Of a stretch of 64,000 nucleotides of DNA, positions 22,700 through 35,034 are shown in pieces; the stretch's first letter is position 1, and each line of letters begins with the position of its first letter. Origin of the DNA: Gammaproteobacteria bacterium. Its GTDB lineage: Bacteria > Pseudomonadota > Gammaproteobacteria > UBA4575. Location of the stretch: positions 128,001 through 192,000 of the forward strand of contig CBDCTA010000002.1 of assembly GCA_965221955.1 (NCBI GenBank), given 5' to 3'. The notes under the pieces were generated by a model. That model ran no database searches. It was not told where the DNA came from and saw only the letters and a program-made list of their open reading frames with translations. The position numbers and the translations under genes are program-made.

Positions 22700-25609
22700 T
22701 TAATGTGACCAAAAATCTTTTCTGCATAGGCCAAATGCATTGCATCTTTGACAGGTTTCTTCATTTGCGAATGCGGTGAAGGGAGTATTCTCATTCAAAC
22801 TATGAAAAAAAGCCTGAAGTCGAGACAAATGCTGTTTCTTTAATTCGTCGAGTTCATCGTTTTTAATCGTAGCGAGGCTTTTTACGGTATTTTTATCACC
22901 AATGGCAACATACTCTACTTGGGAGGTTGTAGTATTTTGGTCTGCATCGTGAAGTAATGCATACATCGGTAATTGTACTTGTTCGCCTGCCATAACACTA
23001 ACTTTTGATGGTGTTTGACCGGTTTTATAATCAACAATCGCGTGACCATCTGGTGATTGATCAACACGATCTAGTCTGCCATAGGCTTGAAAGTTAGCAT
23101 CAATGTTTAGATGCACAGAAGTTTCGTGTTGCTCGGATGTAAAGTTGATTTGTCGCTTGATTTCCCAGTCGATAAATTTAGGAATTAGACTCGTCCAGCG
23201 TTGTAACCATAACTGGATATTAAAATCATTGTCATCGATATTGCCATTTGCGTAAACAAAAACTTTTTCGCTGATATTGTGTAATAGATCTTCAGCTTTT
23301 TCACGATTATGTTCAGTAATTCGTTCATTAAATGGACCAGGTAGATTGGCGACATTTGAAAAAAATGCATGAATGCTTTGATGCACTAAACTACCAAAGT
23401 CAGCTTTGTTTAGTTCTTCTTGCAACTCATCTGTAGGAGAAAGTTTTAGACAAGTGAGCGCAAAGTATTGATATGGGCAATTCACCAAGTTTTGATATTG
23501 AGAAATCGAAATTTTATCGGGTGTAAGCGTTGTTGTGAGAACAGGACTAGGTTGCTTTGTTGCTTGAGGTGGGGGGATGTCAGTATCTTTTACCACACAG
23601 CTGCTTTTCTGGTGTACAAGATACTCAAGTTGTGGATCGACTAAGCTTTTGTTGTATGCCATGTGATGAAAAGTCTCAATCGCTTCTAACCATGGTGAAG
23701 GTCTCACTGGCTCGCCATTTTGCTCAGTCTGAACAGTGATTAATATTTTTTCAGAAGCATCAAGTAAACAGCGGAAATGATGTAAATGTCTAGTGTGGTC
23801 ATCACGCCAAGATGGAATATTTAGTTCGTTACGAACTTGCTCATTAAAGAATACATAAATGTTACTTGCTCCTGGAAAGTTGTTTTTATCCATTGACGCA
23901 ATGATTAGTGCATCAAAATTCTGTAATCGACTTTGCTCTAAGCTGCAAAAAGTCACCATAGGCTGGTTCGTAGACAAGTTAGTAGGAGGTTTGTAGTTTT
24001 GTTGATCGAATATTCGAGACATAAACCTTCTACATTCAGACCAATTCATACGATTATCGACTAATTTGAAATGTGCTATTTGATTTTCAAATAATTCGAT
24101 GATTTGTTTTCCTGCCTCATCATTATGTAAGCTAGTATAAATACCAATAGGTTTTAAACTATTTAGAAGTTCGTTTATGAAGCGATGTAAAGGATAGGAT
24201 TTACTTCCGTGTAATTTAGAGAGTAATTGGGCGCTATTTTCAAATGTGTCTAATAAATTCAAAAGGTAATTAAAAATTTCGACATCAGCTGTTTGGTCTT
24301 TATTCTGTAATTTTTCAAGTGCATCTCGATAACGCTTGATTCCGCTGTGAATATTAAATTTGAGAACAATTTCTTTTTCAAAGTAATCGATGGCTTTTTG
24401 ATGAAATTTTGGGTCACTTACTGAGAAAAACGGAGAATGTGCGAGAGCAAGTAATTGCTTTGCCGAATAGCGTTCTTCTATTAATTGTATCCACCATTCA
24501 ACAACTACTGCAGCACTGGTTGTGGCCAATGCCCAACCTGCGGCATCGTTGATCATTAGATTTGCGTGGTCAAGTACTGCGCGGAGCCTTCGAACTAATT
24601 TCCGATCTGTGGTAACAATTCCAATGTTTTGTATATTTTCATGAGCCCATATTCGAACCTGTATATCAATAGCTTTTATATGTGTTTCAAACTGATTGCT
24701 TTTAAAGGTTCTGAGATGCGAGTTGAATGGAGACTTTGAGTAGTTTTCAGCAAAACTTTTTGCACGTTGGTATATGCTTAAAGAACTGTCTTCAAAGACT
24801 TTATCTAAAAATATTGAAAAAAGCTTAGGCTCTCTATTTTTGCTAAATGTAATTTGCGTAGTGGCATCGAGATATTTTTTAAGCCAATAGTCTGTTCGAT
24901 TAGAGCAACTATCACTACTAGCATAGGCAAAAAATAAAACTTTCGATTGCTGTCCTATTTTGTTTAGAAAGTTTGCTTCTAATTTTGAGAACTGATCTAT
25001 TTCAACACAATAAAATATGTCTTCATTATTAGTAGAGATTGATTCTAAAGCATGCACATAAGCTTCATTAGGATCAACATAGTCTTCATGTGAGAGTTGA
25101 TTGCGCCAAGCTACCCAAAGCAATTTAACCAGGTCAGATTCATGTAATAATGCTTGAGAAAGCTCTGTGTTATTGCCTTGATAGTAGTTATTGAATGCGA
25201 CCGGTTTAATGTCATTTAATAACATCTCATCAAATAAGGTTAACAATTCATTTGCGATGCCCCAAGGATTTGCGCTAGAAAATAAATCAGGTTGTTGTTT
25301 AATTGCGTCGACCAATATAAGTTCACGAGCGTATTGAGATAGCACAGGTTTTTTATTGGGCTGTTGTTTGCGCACCCATTGTCTCAATGTGGTGATTACT
25401 GGTGGTAAGACAACGTCGTAACCTTGTTTGCTCGTTTGCTTAAGAATTTCTTTGCGTAGTGATGCTTGCGTGAGTTGGTTAGGTAAAAATATGGTGATGT
25501 TACGCAGATCAGGCAGCCGTTGCTTAAACTGCTTAGTGATGTCTTCGCTGACTACCTTCAGGAGATTGTTGCTGTAAGCTGTGAGATGAATATTGTTAAG
25601 CACGTGCAA
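22700..25609 (-). CDS. AddB/RexB-like protein with C-terminal PD-(D/E)XK nuclease and Fe-S cysteines
   Basis: NCPYQYF, GRLDRVD, IVDYKTG, QLPMY, CQRCNAFGLCR. Confidence 0.85.
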   Translation of the reverse strand: MHVLNNIHLTAYSNNLLKVVSEDITKQFKQRLPDLRNITIFLPNQLTQASLRKEILKQTSKQGYDVVLPPVITTLRQWVRKQQPNKKPVLSQYARELILVDAIKQQPDLFSSANPWGIANELLTLFDEMLLNDIKPVAFNNYYQGNNTELSQALLHESDLVKLLWVAWRNQLSHEDYVDPNEAYVHALESISTNNEDIFYCVEIDQFSKLEANFLNKIGQQSKVLFFAYASSDSCSNRTDYWLKKYLDATTQITFSKNREPKLFSIFLDKVFEDSSLSIYQRAKSFAENYSKSPFNSHLRTFKSNQFETHIKAIDIQVRIWAHENIQNIGIVTTDRKLVRRLRAVLDHANLMINDAAGWALATTSAAVVVEWWIQLIEERYSAKQLLALAHSPFFSVSDPKFHQKAIDYFEKEIVLKFNIHSGIKRYRDALEKLQNKDQTADVEIFNYLLNLLDTFENSAQLLSKLHGSKSYPLHRFINELLNSLKPIGIYTSLHNDEAGKQIIELFENQIAHFKLVDNRMNWSECRRFMSRIFDQQNYKPPTNLSTNQPMVTFCSLEQSRLQNFDALIIASMDKNNFPGASNIYVFFNEQVRNELNIPSWRDDHTRHLHHFRCLLDASEKILITVQTEQNGEPVRPSPWLEAIETFHHMAYNKSLVDPQLEYLVHQKSSCVVKDTDIPPPQATKQPSPVLTTTLTPDKISISQYQNLVNCPYQYFALTCLKLSPTDELQEELNKADFGSLVHQSIHAFFSNVANLPGPFNERITEHNREKAEDLLHNISEKVFVYANGNIDDNDFNIQLWLQRWTSLIPKFIDWEIKRQINFTSEQHETSVHLNIDANFQAYGRLDRVDQSPDGHAIVDYKTGQTPSKVSVMAGEQVQLPMYALLHDADQNTTTSQVEYVAIGDKNTVKSLATIKNDELDELKKQHLSRLQAFFHSLNENTPFTAFANEETCQRCNAFGLCRKDFWSH

Positions 25610-25627
25610 GTATAATTACTCTTTAAA

Positions 25628-25963
25628 CTATTCTTTTGGCTTTTCTTCAATATATTGACGTTTGTTTTTTACTGCTTCCCACTCTTTTGCATCACTTGGT
25701 GCAGGTTTCATGCTGGTAATCACTGGCCACTGGGCAGAATATTTTTCATTAATTTCAAGAAAATCACGTTGATCTTCTGATACATCATCTTCGCTTACAA
25801 TGGCTTCGACTGGGCATTCGGTTTCACACATAGCGCAGTCAATGCATTCTTCAGGGTCAATCACCAACATCGTGGGTCCTTCATGAAAACAGTCTACCGG
25901 GCAGACCTCTACACAGTCCGTATATTTACACCTGATACAGGCTTCAGTTACTAAAAAAGTCAT
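25628..25963 (-). CDS. fdxA: 7Fe-type ferredoxin
   Basis: [30 protein letters not shown]. Confidence 0.95.
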   Translation of the reverse strand: MTFLVTEACIRCKYTDCVEVCPVDCFHEGPTMLVIDPEECIDCAMCETECPVEAIVSEDDVSEDQRDFLEINEKYSAQWPVITSMKPAPSDAKEWEAVKNKRQYIEEKPKE

Positions 25964-26135
25964 ATAAAGGATTATTAATTTTTGAGCAGCGCAATTGTAT
26001 GGAATTCGTCATGAGTTTGAAAATTTAAGCTGAAATCAGTCTAAATTCGGACAAGATCGACACTGGGTCGCAGTTCCTTCTACCTCAAAACGCTATAATT
26101 CGTAGAAAATATGACAACAAGAACTGCAATCTGTT

Positions 26136-27068
26136 ATGAATAAATATTTAGTAACCGGCGGTGCCGGCTTTATCGGCTCACACACTGTAGATCATTTGTT
26201 AGCCAGACAGCAGCAAGTTGTGGTGTTGGACAATTTTTCTTCTGGTAATCGGAAAAATTTACCAGATTTTCATCCTTTTTTGACGGTTATTGAAGGTGAT
26301 ATACGTGATGCTTCTGTCGTGGCAGAAGCAGCAGATGGGGTTACACATTGTCTGCATTTGGCAGCTCAAGTATCCGTGGTTAAATCGTTAGAAGATCCTG
26401 CAGATTCTGCGACGCATAATATTCTTGGGTTTATTAACGTACTGAATGCAATAAAGAAGAATAATGCTAAACGTTTTGTGTATGCGTCATCTGCAGCTAC
26501 CTATGGAAATCCTACTAATTTGCCTTTAATTGAAGCCGAACCTCTTAAGCCAGAATCCCCCTATGGATTAGAAAAGCAAATTAATGAGTTATATGTAAAA
26601 TTATTTAAAGAACTTTATGACACATCTTCATGTGGGGTGCGTTACTTTAATGTATATGGTCCTAGGCAAGATCCCAAGTCACCGTATGCAGGAGTGATTG
26701 CATTGTTTGCTGATGCAGTGTTGGCCAAGCAGCCATTGACTATTCACGGTGATGGTTTGCAGACTCGAGATTTTATTTTTGTAAATGATGTTGCAAGAGC
26801 AAATCTTGCTGCACTTGATTCTGAATATGAAGGTGCAGTGAATGTTGCGACAGGTTCAACTGTTACTTTGTTAGAATTAATCGAAGTATTAGAAAAGATT
26901 GCTGGACACACTTGTGAGAAAAATTTTGGACCTGAAAGAGATGGGGATATTAAACATTCTGCAGCGACAGTAGATACTTTACAGCAAGTATTGGAAATAA
27001 CTGCCAAACATTCTTTGGAAGAAGGCCTGCGAGAATTATTAAATATTGCTGAAAAAGTTAAGTCATAG
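26136..27068 (+). CDS. NAD-dependent nucleotide-sugar epimerase (extended SDR)
   Basis: [27 protein letters not shown]. Confidence 0.92.
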   Translation: MNKYLVTGGAGFIGSHTVDHLLARQQQVVVLDNFSSGNRKNLPDFHPFLTVIEGDIRDASVVAEAADGVTHCLHLAAQVSVVKSLEDPADSATHNILGFINVLNAIKKNNAKRFVYASSAATYGNPTNLPLIEAEPLKPESPYGLEKQINELYVKLFKELYDTSSCGVRYFNVYGPRQDPKSPYAGVIALFADAVLAKQPLTIHGDGLQTRDFIFVNDVARANLAALDSEYEGAVNVATGSTVTLLELIEVLEKIAGHTCEKNFGPERDGDIKHSAATVDTLQQVLEITAKHSLEEGLRELLNIAEKVKS

Positions 27069-29607
27069 ATTTCAACTTGTATAAAACCTCTAAAGCCTCT
27101 TTAGGGCTTAATTCATCTGGATCTATATTTTCTAAAAATTCAACGCTTGGATGAATGATTTCTTCTTCCAAATCCAGCCCTAATTGTGTTTCTTGCAGGT
27201 TTGCTTCTGTAGCTTGTGATTCAAGTTGTTTTAGTTTTAGTTTTGCAGCCGCAATTACGGTTTTTGGAATACCTGCAAGCTGAGCTACTTGTAGTCCATA
27301 ACTTTGATTTGCTGGTCCTTCCTTCACAGCATGTAAGAAAATTATTTTTTCATTATGCTCAATCGCATCAATATGTACATTATGGATTGTGCTGAAATGT
27401 TCCGGTAATTGAGTAAGCTCAAAATAGTGTGTTGCAAATAAACAATAAGATTGATTCACAGTACTAAGATGATCTGCACAAGACCAAGCTAGAGATAAAC
27501 CGTCATATGTACTTGTGCCACGACCGATTTCATCCATCAGTACTAAGCTCTGGTTTGAAGCGTTATTGAGAATATTTGCCGCTTCAGTCATTTCCACCAT
27601 AAATGTGGACCGTCCTGAACTTAAATCATCTGAAGCACCGATACGAGTGTAAATCGCATCAATCGGTCCAACCGTGAATGCGTTTGCTGGGACAAAGCAT
27701 CCGCTATAGGCCATCCAAGTGATGAGTGCAATCTGGCGCATATAAGTAGATTTTCCACCCATGTTTGGGCCGGTAATCAGAAGTAATTTTCGTTGCTCAT
27801 TCAACTCTGCATCATTGGCAGTAAAAGGTTCGCTTTGAGCCTGTTCGATTACAGGGTGGCGACCCTGTTTGATATTTAAAACGTTATCTTCTGTAAAATT
27901 TGGTTGCACGTAATTTAATGTAACCGCACGTTCTGCCAGCGTGGCTAGAGTGTCTATCTGGGCTAATGCATGTGCACAGTTCTGTATAAATGCTAAATCA
28001 TTTAATAAATCAGCAAGTAGTTGTTCGTACAAATACTTTTCTCGTTTTAGGGCACGTTCTTTGGCGCTTAAAACATTATCCTCAAATTTTTTCAGTTCAG
28101 GAGTGATATATCTTTCAGTATTTTTCAGTGTTTGTCTGCGTGTGTAATGTTCTGGCGCTTGGTGAGCTTGGCTGCGAGGAATTTCAATGTAATAACCATG
28201 AATTCGGTTGTAAGAAACTTTTAAGTTTGCAATGCTCGTGTTTGACTTTTCTTGTTGTTCTAAATCAATTAAAAACTGATTTGCATTGGTGCTGATATTG
28301 CGCAGCTCATCAAGCTCTTCGTCGTAGCCTGCTTTAATTACTCCTCCATCACGAATGAGAGCAGGTAAATCATGTTCTAAAGCTTCTTCTAATTTAGAGG
28401 CTAATTCTTCATAACCAAGTAATTGTTGTTTAGATTCAATGATGAGCTCGTTTTCAAAAATACTTAGATGCTTTTGTATGTTTGGAATACATTGCATGGT
28501 TGCACGCAATGCATCGAGATCTCTTGGCTGTGCAGTTTGTAGTGCAATGCGGCTGCGGATCCGTTCAATGTCTTTTACATTGTTAAGTAACTCATGTGTT
28601 TCATCATAGTTATTGAGTTGTATGCATTCTGATATTGCTGCATGACGCTGTAGTAGAGTATTAATATTTCGTATAGGTTGGTTTAACCAGCTTCGCAAAC
28701 AGCGTGAACCCATTGTGCATGCTGTTTTGTTTAATACGTTTATTAAACTATGCTTGCTATCACCTTGTGAAGAAATTTCAATTTCAAGATTTTTGCGAGT
28801 AATACTATCTATATTTAGAAATTCATCTCTAGAACAGACTCGTAAACCGTTTATATGAGGTAATTGTGTTTTCTGAGTGTCTTTAACGTATTGCAGTACT
28901 GCACCTGCTGCAGAAATAGCGGGCGGGCAGTCATCACAACCGTAACCCGTTAAATCTTTTGTGCCAAACTGTTTACACAATGCGGAGTATGAAGACTCAT
29001 ACTCAAAATGCCAAGTAGGTACCGTTCTCGAGGCATATTTGTTGTCGAAATGAATCAAGGCATCTTCAGCAACAATGATTTCTGCAGGCTGTATACGTTC
29101 AATTTCATCATGTAATTCTAGTACTGAATTGCATGTTTGTAATATGAAGTTACCAGAGCTTAAGTCTAAATAGGCTAATCCATGAGAAGATTGCGTTATG
29201 TTTATCGCTAATAAATAGTTTTCTTTGTTCTTGTTTAATAATTCGTCTTCTATGACGGTGCCAGGTGTGATGACACGAGTCACTTTGCGTTCTACTAAAC
29301 CTTTGCTTGTGGCGGGGTCACTCACTTGATCACAAATTGCGACCGATTCTCCCAATTTTAATAATTTTGCTAAATAAGTCTCTGTGGCATGCACCGGAAC
29401 ACCAGCCATGGGGATTTCATCTGCAGAATTTTTGTTACGTGAGGTGAGTGTAAGATCTAATAGTTTTGCAGCTTTTCTTGCATCTTCAAAAAACAGTTCA
29501 AAAAAATCGCCCATACGGTAAAAAAGCAACATATCGGGATATTCTGCTTTGATGCGTAGATATTGCTGCATCATTGGCGTATGTTTAATTGGAGGTCGTG
29601 CGATCAT
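27058..29607 (-). CDS. mutS: DNA mismatch repair protein MutS
   Basis: [35 protein letters not shown]. Confidence 0.98.
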   Translation of the reverse strand: MIARPPIKHTPMMQQYLRIKAEYPDMLLFYRMGDFFELFFEDARKAAKLLDLTLTSRNKNSADEIPMAGVPVHATETYLAKLLKLGESVAICDQVSDPATSKGLVERKVTRVITPGTVIEDELLNKNKENYLLAINITQSSHGLAYLDLSSGNFILQTCNSVLELHDEIERIQPAEIIVAEDALIHFDNKYASRTVPTWHFEYESSYSALCKQFGTKDLTGYGCDDCPPAISAAGAVLQYVKDTQKTQLPHINGLRVCSRDEFLNIDSITRKNLEIEISSQGDSKHSLINVLNKTACTMGSRCLRSWLNQPIRNINTLLQRHAAISECIQLNNYDETHELLNNVKDIERIRSRIALQTAQPRDLDALRATMQCIPNIQKHLSIFENELIIESKQQLLGYEELASKLEEALEHDLPALIRDGGVIKAGYDEELDELRNISTNANQFLIDLEQQEKSNTSIANLKVSYNRIHGYYIEIPRSQAHQAPEHYTRRQTLKNTERYITPELKKFEDNVLSAKERALKREKYLYEQLLADLLNDLAFIQNCAHALAQIDTLATLAERAVTLNYVQPNFTEDNVLNIKQGRHPVIEQAQSEPFTANDAELNEQRKLLLITGPNMGGKSTYMRQIALITWMAYSGCFVPANAFTVGPIDAIYTRIGASDDLSSGRSTFMVEMTEAANILNNASNQSLVLMDEIGRGTSTYDGLSLAWSCADHLSTVNQSYCLFATHYFELTQLPEHFSTIHNVHIDAIEHNEKIIFLHAVKEGPANQSYGLQVAQLAGIPKTVIAAAKLKLKQLESQATEANLQETQLGLDLEEEIIHPSVEFLENIDPDELSPKEALEVLYKLKSMT

Positions 29608-29691
29608 GTTTGCAGTCTAACGAAGTTCGCTTTGAGAGACAGCCCAAATAGTATCCAAGTAATAAGAATAATTTTTGCTGACAAAATTTAG

Positions 29692-30195
29692 ATGACGGTA
29701 TCAAGTAAAGACTTATCTAGAGGAGTTTTAATTGAGCGGCTAGCTGAGCAATTGACGGAAAAAAATATAACAGTGGCAGTGGCGGAATCTTGTACAGGCG
29801 GAATGCTGGCACAAGAATTTACCGCATTAAATGGCAGCTCAAAATGGTTTGAGTGTGGATTTGTAACCTACAGTAATGTCTCTAAAATTAAAATGTTAGG
29901 TGTAGAACCTCATGTGCTTGATGAGTATGGAGCAGTCAGCTCACAAGTAGCTGAGCAAATGGCACTGGGGGTGCTTGCCCATAGTGATGCAACAATAAGT
30001 GCTTCAATAACAGGTATTGCTGGGCCTAGTGGAGGAACGGCAGAGAAGCCTGTTGGCACGGTTTATATTGGGACGGCGATGACAAACCAGGCTGCTAAAA
30101 CTGAATTACACCAATTTCAAGGCGATCGAAAGTCGATTCGTGAGCAAACTGTCCAAGCGGCAATCTCACAGCTTATGGGGGAGCTCAATGGCTAA
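29692..30195 (+). CDS. CinA C-terminal domain / NMN deamidase PncC
   Basis: AESCTGG, GSSKWF, TYSN, GAVS, TGIAGP; upstream of recA. Confidence 0.92.
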   Translation: MTVSSKDLSRGVLIERLAEQLTEKNITVAVAESCTGGMLAQEFTALNGSSKWFECGFVTYSNVSKIKMLGVEPHVLDEYGAVSSQVAEQMALGVLAHSDATISASITGIAGPSGGTAEKPVGTVYIGTAMTNQAAKTELHQFQGDRKSIREQTVQAAISQLMGELNG

Positions 30196-30718
30196 AAAAC
30201 GTTTGTTTTTTGGATTATTGCCCGATAAAGCTACTCATCAACAGTTGATTGAGCACTCAAGGTCTTTTCCTATTGTAAAAGGTGTCCGACCTGTGCCTAA
30301 AGATAATCTGCACATTACTTTATTATTTTTAGGTCACTTGGAAGCAAATGAGCGTAAGTGTTTGGAAAAAAAGATGGTACAAACATTTGTACAATCTTTT
30401 TCCTTGCGTTTTGACCTTTATGGCTACTTTAAATCTTCTCAAACATTGTGGCTTGGCTGTTCTTCCTATCCTATAGAATTAACTAGGCTTGTTAACCATC
30501 TAAAATCTATAGCGGAAAGTTGTGGTGCGAAAACTGATGAACGTATATATAAGCCACACATCACGTTATTCAAGAAAGTTCAGCAAGCAGAATTCCCTGA
30601 ACGACCTTTCACAATTACTTGGCGGACAAATGAATTTCATTTGCTGGAATCAGTACCGCATGAAAATACAACTCGATATAATGTACTTAAGACACATTCG
30701 TTTTTACAAGAAGAGTAA
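30188..30718 (+). CDS. thpR: RNA 2',3'-cyclic phosphodiesterase (2H family)
   Basis: RLFFG and two HITL motifs. Confidence 0.9.
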   Translation: MAKKRLFFGLLPDKATHQQLIEHSRSFPIVKGVRPVPKDNLHITLLFLGHLEANERKCLEKKMVQTFVQSFSLRFDLYGYFKSSQTLWLGCSSYPIELTRLVNHLKSIAESCGAKTDERIYKPHITLFKKVQQAEFPERPFTITWRTNEFHLLESVPHENTTRYNVLKTHSFLQEE

Positions 30719-30807
30719 ATATAACTTGTGAAGTGTTCTTAGTGCTTCGAATGTGACAGTATTAATAAGTCAGCAATAATTATTCATATTTATCATAGAG
30801 GTGAGCA

Positions 30808-31869
30808 GTGGACGAGAATCGTAAGAAAGCACTAGTGGCCGCGCTGGGTCAAATCGAAAGACAATTTGGTAAAGGTGCAGTAATGCGCTTGGGAGATTCT
30901 ACTGCCGCGCGTGATGTTGAAGTAGTTTCTACTGGATCCTTGGCGTTGGATATCGCTTTAGGTATTGGCGGTTTGCCAAAAGGCCGTGTAATTGAAATTT
31001 ATGGTCCGGAATCTTCGGGTAAAACTACGCTTACTTTACAAGCGATTGCAGAATGTCAAAAGCAAGGCGGTACTGCTGCTTTTGTTGATGCAGAGCATGC
31101 ATTAGATCCGATATACGCTGAAAAAATTGGTGTGAATGTAGATGACCTTTTGGTTTCACAGCCTGATACAGGCGAACAAGCATTAGAAATTACTGATATG
31201 TTGGTTCGTTCTGGTGCTGTAGATATTGTTGTAGTGGATTCGGTTGCAGCATTAACGCCGCGTGCGGAAATTGAAGGTGATATGGGAGATTCGCACATGG
31301 GTTTGCAGGCGCGCCTCATGTCACAAGCACTGCGCAAGCTTACCGGTAACATTAAACGTTCTAACACCATGGTGATCTTTATTAACCAAATTCGTATGAA
31401 GATTGGTGTGATGTTTGGTAGCCCAGAAACCACTACAGGTGGCAATGCCTTGAAGTTTTACTCTTCTGTGCGCTTGGATATTCGTCGTATTGGCTCGATT
31501 AAGAAAGGCGATGAAATTCTTGGCAATGAAACCCGCGTTAAAGTAGTTAAAAATAAACTTGCACCTCCATTCAAGAAAGCCGAGTTTGAAATTCTATATG
31601 GAGAAGGCATTTCACGTTTGGGTGAGATCATAGATATGGGTGTTGAGCATGGCTTAGTCGACAAAGCAGGGTCTTGGTATAGCTACAATGGTGAACGCAT
31701 TGGTCAAGGAAAAGAAAATGCGCGCAGCTATTTAAAAGAGAACCCTGAAATGGCTGCTGAGATTGAAGAAAATTTACGTGCGCAATTATTGCCGAGTGAG
31801 GACGATATAAATCAAGATGCAGAGGCTGAACTTGACGCTCAAGCAGAGGAAGAAGCGACTGAAGCCTAA
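30808..31869 (+). CDS. recA: Recombinase A
   Basis: [23 protein letters not shown]. Confidence 0.99.
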   Translation: MDENRKKALVAALGQIERQFGKGAVMRLGDSTAARDVEVVSTGSLALDIALGIGGLPKGRVIEIYGPESSGKTTLTLQAIAECQKQGGTAAFVDAEHALDPIYAEKIGVNVDDLLVSQPDTGEQALEITDMLVRSGAVDIVVVDSVAALTPRAEIEGDMGDSHMGLQARLMSQALRKLTGNIKRSNTMVIFINQIRMKIGVMFGSPETTTGGNALKFYSSVRLDIRRIGSIKKGDEILGNETRVKVVKNKLAPPFKKAEFEILYGEGISRLGEIIDMGVEHGLVDKAGSWYSYNGERIGQGKENARSYLKENPEMAAEIEENLRAQLLPSEDDINQDAEAELDAQAEEEATEA

Positions 31870-32320
31870 TACTGATAAACAAGAGCGGTCCATACGCAAT
31901 ACTGCTCTTGATATTTTAGCCAGGCGTGAACACACACGCCTGGAACTCTCACGAAAACTTAAAGCTAAAGACTTTTCTGAGCACGAAATAGAGGAATTGC
32001 TCGAAGTTCTTGGTCAAGAGGGCCTGCAAAGTGATGAGCGCTACGCGGAAAGCTATGTGAATATGCGTCGCAATCGCGGCTATGGTCCTTTGAAAATTAA
32101 ACAAGAGCTTCAGCAGCGTGGAGTTTCATCTGATCTAGTCGATCTATTTGTCGAGTTCAATGACGAAATCTGGTTAGACACTGCTTATCAGGCTTATGAA
32201 AAGAAATTTGCTGCCAAAGTTCTAAGTTCTGCCAATGAGCGAGCAAAACGCATGCGTTTCCTGCAATCCCGCGGGTTTACTGGTGATATAATCCAAAAAA
32301 CATTTGCCCATTTTGGGTAA
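31817..32320 (+). CDS. recX: Regulatory protein RecX (start uncertain)
   Basis: [25 protein letters not shown]; follows recA. Confidence 0.92.
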   Translation: MQRLNLTLKQRKKRLKPNTDKQERSIRNTALDILARREHTRLELSRKLKAKDFSEHEIEELLEVLGQEGLQSDERYAESYVNMRRNRGYGPLKIKQELQQRGVSSDLVDLFVEFNDEIWLDTAYQAYEKKFAAKVLSSANERAKRMRFLQSRGFTGDIIQKTFAHFG

Positions 32321-32376
32321 ACAGATCGGTTTATAAAAATTTCAGGGTGCTAATGGAAGCGCCCGTTGTTATGTAT

Positions 32377-34974
32377 ATGGAACTTAGCTCAGAACTTCGC
32401 AGTGCCTTTTTAAACTACTTTAAAGACAACGGTCATGAGATTGTACCGTCTAGTAGTTTGGTCCCTGGCAATGATCCTACCTTGTTATTTACTAATGCAG
32501 GCATGGTGCAATTTAAAGATGTATTCCTAGGAAAAGAAGTACTCAAATATTCGCGTGCAACATCGAGCCAACGTTGTGTAAGAGCAGGTGGTAAACATAA
32601 TGATTTAGAAAATGTCGGCTACACTGCAAGGCATCACACCTTTTTTGAAATGTTAGGAAATTTCAGTTTTGGGGATTACTTTAAAACCGAAGCGATTCAT
32701 TATGCTTGGGAATTTCTTACTAAAGTTGTTGGCTTGCCTGAGGAAAAATTATGGGTCACGGTGTTCGAAGAAGATGATGAGGCGGCTGATATTTGGTTGA
32801 ATGAAATAAAAGTAAATCCTAATAAACTTGCGCGTATTGGTGCTAAAGATAATTTCTGGGCCATGGGTGATACTGGTCCATGTGGACCATGTACAGAAAT
32901 ATTTTATGATCATGGCGACAAAGTGCCAGGTGGACCACCAGGTACACCGGAAGAAGATGGGGATCGCTATGTAGAAATTTGGAACCTCGTGTTTATGCAA
33001 TTTGACCGCGATAAACAAGGCAACTTAAATCCTTTACCCAAACCTTCCGTAGATACAGGCATGGGTTTAGAACGTCTTGCAGCCATCATGCAAGGTGTAA
33101 CGAATAATTATGATACCGATTTATTCACTGGAATTATCAATACGGCTGCGGATATTGCTAACATAAAAGATACGTCAACACCTTCATTACGTGTAATTGC
33201 GGATCATATTCGTTCGTGTAGTTTTTTAATTACTGATGGAGTCGTGCCCTCGAATGAAGGGCGTGGTTATGTATTACGACGCATAATTCGCCGTGCTGCG
33301 CGTCACGGAAACAAGTTGGGAGTGACTGAACCGTTTTTTTATAAGCTTGTACAACCTTTGGTAGACAATATGGGTGCTGCGTATGCAGAGCTTGTTGAGG
33401 CACAACAGCGAATTGAAAAAGTGCTGGAAAATGAAGAGCAACGCTTTAATGAAACCTTGCATCAAGGTATGCGTATTTTACAAGATGATATTAAAAACTT
33501 ATCGGGTGACACTATTTCAGGTGAAACAGTATTTAAGTTGTATGACACTTATGGTTTCCCAGCAGATTTAACCGCAGATGTTGCGCGTGAGCAAAATTTA
33601 AAAATAGATGAAGCAGGTTTCCAAAAGCAAATGGAAGCGCAACGTGAACGTGGACGTCAAGCAAGTCGCTTTGACGTTGATTATGATGCTTCACTTGCAG
33701 TGCAAACCACTTCAGCATTTACCGGTTATGAACACCTTGAAGACAATGCAGTAGTTAAAGAAATATTTGTCAACAATGAAAGTGTCAATGAGATCAAAGA
33801 AGGTGAAGCTGGCTTAGTAATTCTTGACCAAACTCCGTTTTATGCTGAATCGGGTGGTCAAGTAGGTGATGTTGGTTTGTTAAAAAATAAGCAAGCTAAT
33901 TTTGAGGTGAGTGATACACAAAAGCAAGGTAACGCACATGCGCATATCGGTAAACAAATTTCTGGTGTACTTAAAGTAGGAGGTAAAGTTAATGCACAAG
34001 TGGATGTTGCGCATCGTCAAGCAACAGTACTAAATCATTCGGCAACGCATTTAATGCATGCCGCATTACGTCAAGTCTTAGGAACACATGTGCAACAAAA
34101 AGGTTCATTAGTTGCGCCAGATCGTTTGCGTTTTGATTTTTCACATGATTCTTCCATAAGTAATGAACAGCTACAACAGATTGAAGGTATAGTAAATCAA
34201 CAGATACGTTTGAATACACAAGCTTCAGCGAAGACCATGTCAAAAGACAAAGCTTTGGAAGCGGGTGCGATGGCATTGTTTGGTGAAAAATATGGTGATG
34301 AAGTACGCGTGCTTTCAATAGGCGAGTTTTCGGTTGAGCTATGTGGTGGTACACATGTAGATCGCGTAGGTGATATTGGTGTTTTTAAAATTATTTCAGA
34401 ATCTGGCATTGCTTCTGGTGTGCGTCGCATTGAAGCGGTAACTGGGAACGGTGCATTGCAATGGATCAAAGAAAGTGAACGTCAGTTAGCAGATATTGCA
34501 GAGGCGGTGAAAGCTTCTAAATCAGAGGCAAAAGACAAAGTGGTGCAATTGGTTGAACGTAACCGTGCATTAGAAAAAGAACTCAGTCAGCTTAAAGGTA
34601 AGTTGGCTTCGCAGGCAGGTAGCGATTTAGCCAGTTCTGCAATTGAAATAGACGGAATAAAAGTGCTTGCACATAAAATTGAAGGCGCGGATCTAAAGTC
34701 ATTACGCGACACGCTAGATCAGCTTAAAAGCAAGCTTGGTAGTGCTGCAATTGTGTTAGCTACGAGCAATGGCAGCAAAGTGAGTTTGATCGCAGGAGTG
34801 ACCAAAGATCAAACCAATCGCATCAAAGCGGGTGATTTAGTTAATGCAGTAGCCGCACAGGTTGGTGGAAAAGGGGGCGGACGCCCTGATATGGCGCAAG
34901 CAGGGGGTAGTGATCCAGCAAAACTTGATTCAGCATTGGAATCTGTTCCTGATTGGATACGTGCAAATCTATAG
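32377..34974 (+). CDS. alaS: Alanine--tRNA ligase
   Basis: [50 protein letters not shown]. Confidence 0.98.
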   Translation: MELSSELRSAFLNYFKDNGHEIVPSSSLVPGNDPTLLFTNAGMVQFKDVFLGKEVLKYSRATSSQRCVRAGGKHNDLENVGYTARHHTFFEMLGNFSFGDYFKTEAIHYAWEFLTKVVGLPEEKLWVTVFEEDDEAADIWLNEIKVNPNKLARIGAKDNFWAMGDTGPCGPCTEIFYDHGDKVPGGPPGTPEEDGDRYVEIWNLVFMQFDRDKQGNLNPLPKPSVDTGMGLERLAAIMQGVTNNYDTDLFTGIINTAADIANIKDTSTPSLRVIADHIRSCSFLITDGVVPSNEGRGYVLRRIIRRAARHGNKLGVTEPFFYKLVQPLVDNMGAAYAELVEAQQRIEKVLENEEQRFNETLHQGMRILQDDIKNLSGDTISGETVFKLYDTYGFPADLTADVAREQNLKIDEAGFQKQMEAQRERGRQASRFDVDYDASLAVQTTSAFTGYEHLEDNAVVKEIFVNNESVNEIKEGEAGLVILDQTPFYAESGGQVGDVGLLKNKQANFEVSDTQKQGNAHAHIGKQISGVLKVGGKVNAQVDVAHRQATVLNHSATHLMHAALRQVLGTHVQQKGSLVAPDRLRFDFSHDSSISNEQLQQIEGIVNQQIRLNTQASAKTMSKDKALEAGAMALFGEKYGDEVRVLSIGEFSVELCGGTHVDRVGDIGVFKIISESGIASGVRRIEAVTGNGALQWIKESERQLADIAEAVKASKSEAKDKVVQLVERNRALEKELSQLKGKLASQAGSDLASSAIEIDGIKVLAHKIEGADLKSLRDTLDQLKSKLGSAAIVLATSNGSKVSLIAGVTKDQTNRIKAGDLVNAVAAQVGGKGGGRPDMAQAGGSDPAKLDSALESVPDWIRANL

Positions 34975-35034
34975 CCTGATCATTAGAATCACGGCTCTTT
35001 TGTTTAAATAAAAATTTAGGGATAGCTAGTTAGT

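Noticed and set aside
30719-30807. SOS box upstream of recA
   Set aside because: No CTGT-N8-ACAG; GTTCTTAGTGCTTC has 6-nt spacing and a mismatch relative to GTTC-N7-GTTC
31056-31664. Antisense ORFs in recA (and similar ones in acs, bepA, leuA, alaS, msrP, phrB)
   Set aside because: Shadow frames of well-supported genes
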